From Solirubrobacterales bacterium (GTDB taxonomy: Bacteria; Actinomycetota; Thermoleophilia; Solirubrobacterales; JACPNS01), in assembly GCA_049274915.1 (NCBI GenBank), contig JBASTN010000046.1, positions 6,519 through 70,518 of the forward strand: 64,000 nucleotides of DNA, written 5' to 3'. The notes under the pieces were generated by a model that had not been told where the DNA came from, did no database searches, and was given only the letters and a program-made list of their open reading frames with translations. Shown one piece after another: positions 38,519 through 47,114 of the stretch. Positions within the stretch are counted from its first letter, which is position 1, and each line of letters starts with the position of its first letter. Made by a program: the position numbers and the translations under genes.

Positions 38519-40812
38519 ACGGCGCAACCGCTGAAGCCCCCCACCGCGCGCTCGGTCTAACCGACGCCGAGTTTGATCTGATCTGCGAGAAGCTCGGCCG
38601 TGAGCCCAACGCAACGGAGCTCGCGATGTTCTCGCTGATGTGGTCCGAGCACTGTTCGTACAAACACTCGAAGAAACTGCTCGGCAAGCTGCCGACAGAA
38701 GGTCCAGCGCTGCTGATGGGGCCCGGCGAGAACGCCGGCGCAGTCACCGTCGGTGACGGTCTGGCGATCGCCTTCAAAGTCGAGTCGCACAACCACCCTT
38801 CCGCGGTAGAGCCGTTCCAAGGCGCCGCGACCGGTGTCGGCGGAATTCTGCGCGACATCTTCGCCGTCGGAGCCCGGCCGATCGCGATCCTCGACTCGCT
38901 GCGCTTCGGCGAACTTGACTCGCCACGCTCACGCTTCCTCGCCGCCCGCGCAGTCGCGGGGATCGGCCACTACGGCAACTCGATCGGTGTCGCGACGATC
39001 GGCGGAGAGATGTACTTTGAGGCGCCCTACGAGCAAAACTGCCTCGTCAACGCGATGGCATTGGGCCTCGCCCCAGCCGAGAAGCTGATCAAGAGCGCTG
39101 CCGCCGGCGTCGGCAACCACCTCGTGCTGTTCGGCGCCTCAACCGGGCGCGACGGCATCGGCGGCGCGTCGGTGCTTGCATCCGCTGAGCTCGGTGATGA
39201 CGACGACTCCAAGCGACCCACCGTCCAAGTCGGAGATCCGTTCGAAGAATCCAAACTCGTCGAGTGCTGTCTCGAACTGCTCGACGCCGACTTACTCGCG
39301 TCGCTGCAAGACCTCGGCGCCGCCGGTCTGACCAGTGCTTCATCAGAGATGGCCTCGAAGGGCGAGGTCGGCCTCGACATCGACGTCGACCTCGTTCCGC
39401 TGCGCGAACCGGGCATGGAGCCGTTCGAGATCATGGTCAGTGAATCGCAGGAGCGCATGCTCTGCGTCGCCACTCCCGACAACCTCGACGCGGTGCTTGC
39501 AGTATGCGACAAGTGGGATCTGCACCACGCGGTGATCGGCAGCGTCACAGACACCCGCCACATGCGGATCTACGCCGACGGCGAGCTAGTCGGCGACATG
39601 CCGGTGCCGGCCCTGGTCGATGACTGTCCGCTCTACACGCTTCAGCCCGAAGAACCGACCGAGCAGATCTACCCCGCCCCGCGCGCGCGGCTGGCTGGTG
39701 GAGAGAGCGCGACGGAGTTGCTCGAGTCATTGATCGGCAGCGACAACATCGCCTCGCGGCGCTCCTATTTCGAGCAGTACGACTCGATCGTCGGCTCGCG
39801 CACGGTCAAGCGGCCCGAGCAGGCTGAGGCCGCCGTGCTGCGCCTCGGTGCCAACCGTGCCGATGGCGCCGCAGCCGCCGGCGACCGTGATGGCCCGACG
39901 ATCGCGGTATCGATTGATGGATCCGGCCGCCGCGTCGCCGCCGACCCCTACCGCGGCACGATCGGCGTCGTGCTCGAGTGCGCCGCCAATCTCGCCTGCG
40001 TCGGCGCGGAGCCGTTGGGGCTGACCAACTGTCTGAACTTCGGCAATCCCGAGAAGCCGAACATCGCCTGGCAGCTCGACCGCGCCGTTACCGGAATGGC
40101 CGATTGTCTGCGCGCGTTAAACGTGCCGGTCGTCGGTGGCAACGTCTCGCTCTACAACCAGAGTGGCGACGGTCCGATCTACCCGACGCCGGTGGTCGGC
40201 ATGGTCGGCTCGATCCCCGATCCGACGGTGATCGCCGGCAACACCTTTCTCGAGGCAGGCATGAGCGTCGCCTTGATCGGCCCGTTCGAGCCCTCGCTGC
40301 CGGCGAGCGAGCTGGCGAAGCTGCGTGGCGAGTTGCTGCCTACGCGTCTGCCCGATCTCGACCTAGCCAGGCACGCCGAGGCGCTGCGGATCGTTCGCGA
40401 CGCCGTACGAGCGGGTGTGATTCGGGTAGCTCGCGACGCGTCGGAAGGCGGTGTCGCAGTCGCGCTAGCCGAGTGCACGCTCGGTGGCGTGGGAGCGCAG
40501 ATCGATGTTGGACCGTTGGTCGAGCGGATCAGCCGCGGCGCGGCGGGCTCGGAGGGCGAGCAATCTGTCGATACCGTCGAAACCGCTCTGTTTGGCGAAG
40601 GACCAGGCGGAATCGTCATCGCTGGCAGCCGCGAGGCGCTATTAGAACTATCGAGTAAGGCCAGAGGAATCGGCTTTTTGGCCCTCGGCACCACTGGTGG
40701 TGGCCGTTTGGAGATCTCCTCGACCACTGGTACTCTGGAAGCGATCTCGTTGAACGTCCTCAACATTCAGCGCGTGCACGGAAGCGCGCTGGCGGAGCGA
40801 GTTTCTTCTTGA
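38515..40812 (+). CDS. purL: FGAM synthase subunit PurL
   Basis: ELAMFSLMWSEHCSYKHS, VESHNHPSAVEPFQGAATGVGG and two AIR-synthase-like repeats. Its ATGA overlaps the purQ stop. Confidence 0.96.
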   Translation: MNGATAEAPHRALGLTDAEFDLICEKLGREPNATELAMFSLMWSEHCSYKHSKKLLGKLPTEGPALLMGPGENAGAVTVGDGLAIAFKVESHNHPSAVEPFQGAATGVGGILRDIFAVGARPIAILDSLRFGELDSPRSRFLAARAVAGIGHYGNSIGVATIGGEMYFEAPYEQNCLVNAMALGLAPAEKLIKSAAAGVGNHLVLFGASTGRDGIGGASVLASAELGDDDDSKRPTVQVGDPFEESKLVECCLELLDADLLASLQDLGAAGLTSASSEMASKGEVGLDIDVDLVPLREPGMEPFEIMVSESQERMLCVATPDNLDAVLAVCDKWDLHHAVIGSVTDTRHMRIYADGELVGDMPVPALVDDCPLYTLQPEEPTEQIYPAPRARLAGGESATELLESLIGSDNIASRRSYFEQYDSIVGSRTVKRPEQAEAAVLRLGANRADGAAAAGDRDGPTIAVSIDGSGRRVAADPYRGTIGVVLECAANLACVGAEPLGLTNCLNFGNPEKPNIAWQLDRAVTGMADCLRALNVPVVGGNVSLYNQSGDGPIYPTPVVGMVGSIPDPTVIAGNTFLEAGMSVALIGPFEPSLPASELAKLRGELLPTRLPDLDLARHAEALRIVRDAVRAGVIRVARDASEGGVAVALAECTLGGVGAQIDVGPLVERISRGAAGSEGEQSVDTVETALFGEGPGGIVIAGSREALLELSSKARGIGFLALGTTGGGRLEISSTTGTLEAISLNVLNIQRVHGSALAERVSS

Positions 40813-42374
40813 CCCACTTGCAGCGGAAGACCGGAGTATCCGGGCATTCCGCAGTCGCAGCCGCGACTGCCGCATCTGCCGCAACCTCAACGCAGGCGCT
40901 CGAGACCCCGGTATCGCCCGCGCCGGTCCACCGAGCCGACGATCGGTTCGAAGATCGCGACGGCCCGCGCGACGAGTGTGGCGTCTTCGGTATTTACGCG
41001 CCCGAGCTCGACGTTTCCCGTCTCACCTACTTCGCGCTCTACGCGCTTCAGCACCGCGGCCAAGAGTCCGCCGGCATCGCCGCCAGCGACGGCACGCACA
41101 TCATCACGTTGCGCGACACCGGCCTCGTCTCCCAGGTCTTCAACGAAGAGAAGCTCAGCGGCCTGACGGGCAACATGGCGGTCGGCCACGTGCGCTACTC
41201 GACGACCGGGTCGTCGGGCTGGGAGAACACCCAACCGATCTACCGCGCCGACAAGCACATGATCGCGCTGGCGCACAACGGCAACCTGATCAATGCCGTC
41301 GAACTGCACGCCGAGCTGCGTGACCAGGGCGTCAACTTCCGCTCGACCAGCGACTCCGAGATCATCGCCGCGATGGTCTCCAACTCGCCAGAAGAGACTT
41401 TGCAAGACGCCGTCGCCGCCGTTCTGCCCCGGCTCAAGGGCGCGTTCTCGACGGTGATCGCCAACAAGGAGATGGTCGTCGCCTTCCGCGACCCGGCCGG
41501 ACTGCGTCCGCTCGCGCTGGGCAAGCTCGGTGAGCGCTACTGCTTCGCCAGCGAGTCGAGCGCCTTCGACATCATCGGCGCCGAGTTCCTGCGCGAAGTC
41601 GAGCCCGGCGAACTGATCGCCCTGACCGAAGGCGGTATCGAGACCCAGATGGTCGTGCCCGGCGAGCGCCGTGCCTTCTGCGTCTTCGAACACATCTACT
41701 TCGCCCGCCCCGACACCAAGCTCGAAGGACAGCTCGTGCAGCAGTCCCGCGGACGGATGGGCGAGATCCTCTGGCGTGAAGCCCCGGTCGAGGCCGATCT
41801 CGTCGTCGCCGTCCCCGACAGTGGCAACCCTGCCGCCAAGGGTGTGTCGCGCGCGAGCGGGATCCCGATGGACGACGGCCTGATCAAGAACCGTTACGTG
41901 CAGCGCACGTTCATCCAGCCCGGGCAGGAGCTACGCAAGCTCGGCCTGCGGATGAAGTTCACGCCGCTGCCGGAGATCGTCGAGGGCCAGCGCCTGATCG
42001 TCGTCGACGACTCGATCGTGCGCGGCAACACGACGCGCCAGATCATCGGCATGCTGCGCGGCGCCGGCGCGGCGGAGGTGCACCTGCGTATCAGCGCGCC
42101 GCCGATCCGCCACACCTGCCACTACGGGATCGACATGTCGACGCATGAGCAGATGATCGCCCACGGACGCACGATCGAAGAGATCGCCACCGAGCTCGGC
42201 GCCGACTCGCTGGCCTACATCTCGCTCGAGGGCGTCTACGAAGCCATCCGCGGCGAACGCGGCGACCACTGCGACGCCTGCTTCACCGGCGACTACCCGC
42301 TCGCCAACACGCACCGGGCACAAGGGAAGTTCGCGCTCGAAGAACTCGCGGTCGCTCAGCCTGCCGCGACGTAG
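40809..42374 (+). CDS. purF: Amidophosphoribosyltransferase (long propeptide-like N-terminus; start uncertain)
   Basis: ECGVFGIYA (N-terminal nucleophile Cys), ALQHRGQESAGI, the PRPP loop VVDDSIVRGNT, and C-terminal Cys ligands. Confidence 0.95.
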   Translation: MTHLQRKTGVSGHSAVAAATAASAATSTQALETPVSPAPVHRADDRFEDRDGPRDECGVFGIYAPELDVSRLTYFALYALQHRGQESAGIAASDGTHIITLRDTGLVSQVFNEEKLSGLTGNMAVGHVRYSTTGSSGWENTQPIYRADKHMIALAHNGNLINAVELHAELRDQGVNFRSTSDSEIIAAMVSNSPEETLQDAVAAVLPRLKGAFSTVIANKEMVVAFRDPAGLRPLALGKLGERYCFASESSAFDIIGAEFLREVEPGELIALTEGGIETQMVVPGERRAFCVFEHIYFARPDTKLEGQLVQQSRGRMGEILWREAPVEADLVVAVPDSGNPAAKGVSRASGIPMDDGLIKNRYVQRTFIQPGQELRKLGLRMKFTPLPEIVEGQRLIVVDDSIVRGNTTRQIIGMLRGAGAAEVHLRISAPPIRHTCHYGIDMSTHEQMIAHGRTIEEIATELGADSLAYISLEGVYEAIRGERGDHCDACFTGDYPLANTHRAQGKFALEELAVAQPAAT

Positions 42375-43595
42375 TTCACGACCAGCCTTATCGCGACTCG
42401 CCGCCCTGCGTGCCCAAGCGATCGACGGTTTCTCAACCGCCAGCCAGCTGAGCGCAGCAATCGGCAGGGTTGCTGCGAACACTAGAAGCGTCGCACCAAG
42501 CGTGCTGTCGGGCAGCAGCCCATACGAGCGCGCCCAGAGAATCAGCGGGATGTGCCACAGGTAGACGCCGTACGAGACCGACCCGAGCGCGACCAGCGGT
42601 CGAGACGCGAGGACGCGATTCACGCGCGAGGTCGGCGCCAGCGTAACGGCTGCGATCAGGCATGAGAATGCTGCTGCGGCCGGCAGATCGCGGACGATCT
42701 CGGAGCTGTAAGAGTGCGGAGCGCGCTCGTAGAACGCGATGCCCGCGACTAGAAGCGCGACGCCTGAGATCGCCAAGCCGGGTGCGAGGACGCAAAGCCG
42801 ACCAGTTGTCAGGTCGTGCCGGGCAAGGCTTTCGATCAGCAGCGCGGCGAGGATTCCGCAGGCGAAGTACGGCAGCATCGCGACCAGCGAAATCCGCGTG
42901 ACCGCTTCGGCACCGATCGTCTGCGCGTTCCACCACAGACCGAGGGCGATCATCGTGGCCGCGACCGCGACCGTCGCCGCGACCGCGAGTTGAGGCGCGC
43001 GCGAGCTTCGGCCTCGCGCTTTCGGACCGCCGCCGCCGCGCGCCGCCGCGATCACTGCCGCGCCGATCAGCGGTACAAGCAGATAGAACCCGAGTTCGAT
43101 CGGTAGCGACCAGGTCGAGGGGTTGAGCTTCATCAACGTTTCAGGCTGGAGATTCTGCGCAAAGACCAGAAACAACCAGCCGTCCTCTGCCTTGGGCATG
43201 TGTGCCCCCCCGCCGTCTGCCGCCAGCCACAGCAGTGCGACTGCACCGGCCAGCGACACGTAGTAGCCGGGAGCGATGCGGGCGATCCGGTGAAGGACGA
43301 ACGGTCCGATTGCCGGGATGCCGGTGCCGGCAAGCGCCGCCCGCAGAAACGGGCGCACCAGCAGGAAGGCGGAGAGAGCGAAGAACATGTACAGGCCCAG
43401 CCGAAGAGAAGCGAAGACAGTGTCAGCCGCGCTCTCGCGCACGAGCGTCGAGTGCGCTTCGCTGAACAGCCAGACGTGAAAGGCCAGGATCGCGACCGCC
43501 GCGAGGCCACGGATGCCGTCGACGGCGGCGTTGCGGGACTGGGCTGGATTCGAGTGCTCGGCCTGTTGAATGGTGGACGAGACCATTCGGCGCAA
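41931..43595 (-). CDS. Acyltransferase family 3 membrane protein whose ORF runs 444 nt antisense into purF
   Basis: N-terminal NAAVDGIRGLAAVAILAFHVW and about 10 TM helices extend to ...LSWLAVEKPSIAW (around 42400). After that the frame stays open through purF antisense until 41931. Confidence 0.7.
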   Translation of the reverse strand: MRRMVSSTIQQAEHSNPAQSRNAAVDGIRGLAAVAILAFHVWLFSEAHSTLVRESAADTVFASLRLGLYMFFALSAFLLVRPFLRAALAGTGIPAIGPFVLHRIARIAPGYYVSLAGAVALLWLAADGGGAHMPKAEDGWLFLVFAQNLQPETLMKLNPSTWSLPIELGFYLLVPLIGAAVIAAARGGGGPKARGRSSRAPQLAVAATVAVAATMIALGLWWNAQTIGAEAVTRISLVAMLPYFACGILAALLIESLARHDLTTGRLCVLAPGLAISGVALLVAGIAFYERAPHSYSSEIVRDLPAAAAFSCLIAAVTLAPTSRVNRVLASRPLVALGSVSYGVYLWHIPLILWARSYGLLPDSTLGATLLVFAATLPIAALSWLAVEKPSIAWARRAASRDKAGRELRRGRLSDREFFERELPLCPVRVGERVVAGEAGVAVVAAFAADGFVDALERDVGQRVGAELGGDLFDRASVGDHLLMRRHVDPVVAGVADRRRADTQVHLRRAGAAQHADDLARRVAAHDRVVDDDQALALDDLRQRRELHPQAELA

Positions 43596-43661
43596 GCTAA
43601 CCGGGGTCGGTCGGGAATGCGCCGGTTGTTCATCGGGGCTTAATGTGCGCCCTCGCGCGAC

Positions 43662-44267
43662 CTAGCCGCGGGAAGCCGAGGCCGGGCTCCACATCGCGCT
43701 GATCTCCCGACTGATTTGCTTTCGCTTTCGTTCGGCGAATCGCATGTGTCGGACATACCCCTCGACGGATCCAAATATCTCGCAGGGGAGATCAGGATCA
43801 AACCAATCGGATGATCGCCCTCCCGCGAAGAGGCGATGCGACGAGAATTCGTAGTCCTCAAACCGGTTCACGTGCCGAAGATCGAGAGGATTCAGATGCA
43901 CGTAAGCGATGGCGGTGCGGAGATAGTTCGCGTCGTCAATCCGGGCGGCCTTGAACCGGCCCTGAAAAAGTGTTCCGTACCGATCGTGTCGAGCGTTGAA
44001 TCTCCGGACGTACGACGTCAAAGCACTGTGCATCAGGCGCGCGATCGCATCCGATGACGTCTGACTCAGGATCAGGTGAAAGTGGTTTCCCATCAGGCAA
44101 TACGCGACGATCCGTGCGTCGATCCGATTGACGCGACAAGCGAACGAATCGAGAAACAGGTTCCGGTCATGGTCGTCCACGAAGATCCGCTCGCCATTTA
44201 CTCCGCGGTTGTACGCGTGGAACGTCGATCGCGGCAGATATTGCTTGACCGTGTTCGGACTCGGCAT
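43662..44267 (-). CDS. REP-associated tyrosine transposase-like (RAYT / IS200-type Y1 HUH transposase)
   Basis: YHxxNRG-like FHAYNRGVNGERIF, the HUH motif AYCLMGNHFHLIL, GTLFQGRFKAARI and the catalytic-Tyr region AIAYVHLNPL. Confidence 0.8.
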   Translation of the reverse strand: MPSPNTVKQYLPRSTFHAYNRGVNGERIFVDDHDRNLFLDSFACRVNRIDARIVAYCLMGNHFHLILSQTSSDAIARLMHSALTSYVRRFNARHDRYGTLFQGRFKAARIDDANYLRTAIAYVHLNPLDLRHVNRFEDYEFSSHRLFAGGRSSDWFDPDLPCEIFGSVEGYVRHMRFAERKRKQISREISAMWSPASASRG

Positions 44268-44363
44268 GCCTCTGTACTACACGACCGGAGCTCAACTCAA
44301 TCACCGATTCCACCAGTTTTCACGCTCTCGTAACGCTTTTGGCACAACCCCACAACTACCGCG

Positions 44364-44483
44364 CCTGTTTCGCATCTCAAGCCGCTCCCCAAGCCGCTCC
44401 TTAGGTCCGACCTTCGGAGCGGCTTGGGGAGCGGCTTTGTTTCACGGTGGGAGCGGCTTGGGGAGCGGCTTTGTTTCACGGTG
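44364..44483. repeat. Composite repeat: perfect 22-bp inverted repeat (15-nt spacer) plus 34-bp direct repeat x2, built from six GGAGCGGCTT 10-mers
   Basis: The left arm AAGCCGCTCCCCAAGCCGCTCC is at 44379-44400. The right arm GGAGCGGCTTGGGGAGCGGCTT is at 44416-44437. The unit GGAGCGGCTTGGGGAGCGGCTTTGTTTCACGGTG occurs at 44416-44449 and 44450-44483. Confidence 0.95.
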
Positions 44484-44604
44484 TGGAATCGCGGGGACGG
44501 TAGGCGGTGCGGGCATCTCCCGGCGCGGGGTCTCCCCGGCGGGGCGTCGAGGTCCGATCTGCGTGGGGCCATTCCGCCGGTGCGGGTCTTCTAGCTTCTT
44601 CCCC

Positions 44605-45276
44605 GTGAGAATCACCAGCGACAGCAGTCCCGGCGCGCAACCGACAATCCTCCGTGTCGCGATCCTCGCCTCCGGCGAAGGGTCGAACCTGCAGGCGATC
44701 ATCGACAGCGTGCATGGTCGCTACGGCGTCGAGATCGTCAGCGTCGTTTCGGACAAGCCGGAGGCGAAGGCCCTCGACCGCGCCGCGGCCGTCGGCATTC
44801 CAACCGCGACGTTCGCAAAGACCGACTACGAGTCGCGCGCAGCGCGGGACGACGCGATGGTCGACCACCTCAAGGCCGTCAACGCCAACCTTGTCGTCCT
44901 AGCCGGCTACATGCAGCTGCTCAGCCCCAACTTCATCGGCGCGTTTTTCGGGCGGATCATCAACGTGCATCCGTCGCTCCTGCCGGCGTTTCCCGGCCTT
45001 AACGCGATCCAGCAGGCACTCGACGCGGGCGACGACCACACCGGCGTTACGGTTCACTACGTCGACGAAGGCATCGACACCGGACCGCCGATCGCGCAGG
45101 AGATCGTCGAGATCGAGGCGAGCGACACGCACGACTCGCTCGCGGCGCGGATTCACGCGGTTGAGCATCGTCTGCTGCCCGAGGTGATTGCGCAGATCGC
45201 TATGGAGCGCGCGACCGCCACGGCCGCGGCCGCCTCCGCGCCTGCTCCACCGACCACTGAACGCGGGATCTCGTAG
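44605..45276 (+). CDS. purN: Phosphoribosylglycinamide formyltransferase
   Basis: VAILASGEGSNLQAII, VLAGYMQLL, INVHPSLLPAFPG and TGVTVHYVDEGIDTGP are present. I place the start at in-frame GTG 44605. The track ORF from 44128 overlaps the RAYT gene and the repeat array. Confidence 0.9.
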   Translation: MRITSDSSPGAQPTILRVAILASGEGSNLQAIIDSVHGRYGVEIVSVVSDKPEAKALDRAAAVGIPTATFAKTDYESRAARDDAMVDHLKAVNANLVVLAGYMQLLSPNFIGAFFGRIINVHPSLLPAFPGLNAIQQALDAGDDHTGVTVHYVDEGIDTGPPIAQEIVEIEASDTHDSLAARIHAVEHRLLPEVIAQIAMERATATAAAASAPAPPTTERGIS

Positions 45277-45373
45277 TGGCTAGCCGATATCGCGTATCCT
45301 GCCCGCTACTTGACCCCACCGCGCCCCGCGCTCTGAGTTCAACAATTTAAGCCTTCAGATATAAGCCTTCAGG

Positions 45374-45440
45374 CCTACCATTCGGACGTACCATCCCAGG
45401 CGTACCATTCCAGGCGTACCATTCCAGGCGTACCATTCAG
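45374..45440. repeat. Non-coding 14-nt tandem array (CGTACCATTCCAGG) of about 4.5 copies, ending at the purH start codon
   Basis: The units are a degenerate copy at 45374-45386, then 45387-45400, 45401-45414, 45415-45428, and a partial copy at 45429-45440. An 11-nt direct repeat TAAGCCTTCAG x2 precedes them at 45347-45372. Confidence 0.9.
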
Positions 45441-47065
45441 TGAGCGAATCCCAGCCACCATCAGCGCAGTCCCCGTCGCCAAAGGCCAACGGCCGAGCGG
45501 TCGAGGTCACCAACCCTGGGGCGGTACGTATCCGCCGGGCGCTGATCAGTGTTTCGGACAAGCGTGGCCTGGTCGATTTCGCGAAAGGCCTGCAGGAGCT
45601 CGGCATCGAGATCGTTTCGACGGGCGGCACCGCCAAGGAGCTTGCCGACAACGGCGTCAAGGTCACCGGAATCTCCGACTACACCGGTTCGCCCGAGATC
45701 CTCGACGGGCGCGTCAAGACCTTGCACCCCAGCGTCCACGCGGGACTGCTCGCCGTGCGAGACGATCCGGCCCACGTCAGCCAACTCAACGAGCACGGCA
45801 TCTCACCGATCGACCTCGTCGTTGTCAATCTTTATCCGTTTCAGCGGTACGCAAACCGCCGCGGCGCGACCGACGAGGAGATCCTCGAACAGATCGACGT
45901 CGGCGGACCGACGATGGTGCGTGCCAGCGCGAAGAACTGGAAGTTCACCGGCATCGTCGTCAACCCCGAGAGTTACGACGCTGTAATCGAGGAGCTCAGC
46001 GAGGACGACTGCATGCTCGGCTTGCAGACCCGCGAATCGCTCGCCGTCGACGCCTTTAACTACACGGCGCAGTACGAAGCCGCGATCAGCCAGTGGTTCA
46101 ACGAGCGCACCGGCAACGTGCCCGACCAGTTCGTGCGTGTCTACGAGAAGGCGATCGACCTGCCCTACGGCGAGAACCCGCATCAGCGCGCCGCCTACTA
46201 CGCCGAGGTCGGCTCGCGCACCGACCTGCTGGCGATGGTCGGTCAGGAGCAGGGCAAGGACCTCTCCTACAACAACTTGCTCGACCTCGACAGTGGCCGC
46301 CGCCTGATCGAGGAATTCGAACTGCCCTGCTGCGCGATCCTCAAGCACAACAACCCGTGCGGCATTGCGGTCAGCAACTCTGTCGAAGACGCCTACGACA
46401 AGGCGATCGCGACCGACCCGCTGAGCGCCTTCGGCGGCATCTACGTTTTTAACCGCGAAGTCGACGGCCAGCTCGCCGCGAAGCTGGTCGAGCACTTCGT
46501 CGAGATGGTCTTCGCGCCGTCTTACACCGGCGACGCTCGCCGCATCTTTAGCCAGAAGGAGAACCTCCGCGTGCTCGAGAACAACGAGCGCCGCCTCTGG
46601 CCGGTCAGCGACCCGGACCTGCGCGGCGTGCGCGGCGGCCTCTTGCTGCAGGACCGCGACGTCGACATCGATCCGCGCGACGCGATGCAGATCGTCACCG
46701 ACTCGCACCCGTCAGAGAAGCAGTGGGGCGACTTGTTGTTCGCGTGGCGCGTCTGCAAGCACGTGCGCTCCAACGCAATCGTGCTCGGCCGCGATCTCGC
46801 GACGCTTGGCGTCGGTGCCGGTCAGATGAGCCGAGTCGACAGCGTCAAGCTTGCGGTCAAGAAGGCGCGCGTTTCACTCGACGGCGCCGTGATGGCGAGC
46901 GACGCATTCTTCCCGTTCGCCGACGGCGTCGAGTTCGCGATCAAGGAAGGTGTCACGGCGATCATCCAGCCGGGCGGCTCCAAGCGCGACCCCGAGGTCG
47001 TAAAGGCCTGCAACGACGCCGGTATCTCGATGGTCTTCACCGGCCGTCGCCACTTCCGCCACTAG
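45440..47065 (+). CDS. purH: Bifunctional AICAR transformylase / IMP cyclohydrolase
   Basis: RRALISVSDKRGL, VSTGGTAK, GRVKTLHP, VVVNLYPF and the C-terminal IIQPGGSKRD are present. The only start codon after the upstream stop is GTG 45440. Confidence 0.95.
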   Translation: MSESQPPSAQSPSPKANGRAVEVTNPGAVRIRRALISVSDKRGLVDFAKGLQELGIEIVSTGGTAKELADNGVKVTGISDYTGSPEILDGRVKTLHPSVHAGLLAVRDDPAHVSQLNEHGISPIDLVVVNLYPFQRYANRRGATDEEILEQIDVGGPTMVRASAKNWKFTGIVVNPESYDAVIEELSEDDCMLGLQTRESLAVDAFNYTAQYEAAISQWFNERTGNVPDQFVRVYEKAIDLPYGENPHQRAAYYAEVGSRTDLLAMVGQEQGKDLSYNNLLDLDSGRRLIEEFELPCCAILKHNNPCGIAVSNSVEDAYDKAIATDPLSAFGGIYVFNREVDGQLAAKLVEHFVEMVFAPSYTGDARRIFSQKENLRVLENNERRLWPVSDPDLRGVRGGLLLQDRDVDIDPRDAMQIVTDSHPSEKQWGDLLFAWRVCKHVRSNAIVLGRDLATLGVGAGQMSRVDSVKLAVKKARVSLDGAVMASDAFFPFADGVEFAIKEGVTAIIQPGGSKRDPEVVKACNDAGISMVFTGRRHFRH

Positions 47066-47114
47066 ACGGATCGGCGCTAGGCGGATCGGCCGGCTCGATG
47101 CTGGCCCGATCGCG

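Noticed and set aside
44128-44604. N-terminal 159 codons of the 382-aa track ORF containing purN.
   Set aside because: This stretch overlaps the RAYT gene and runs through the repeat array, giving repetitive AWGAALFHGGSGLG-type sequence. PurN homology begins just after the in-frame GTG at 44605.
45277-45439. ZTP (pfl) riboswitch upstream of purH; also checked upstream of purC (35319-35460).
   Set aside because: The plus strand lacks the GGGUCGUGACUGGCG and CCGCCUGGGC cores. CGCCTGGG-like strings occur only on the wrong strand, as part of the 14-nt tandem repeat. The purC leader has hairpins but no pfl motifs.
44364-45440. CRISPR array interpretation of the tandem repeats near purN/purH (and of the other arrays in the window).
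   Set aside because: The repeats are contiguous or share identical short spacers. There are no unique spacers of 25-40 nt and no cas genes in the window.
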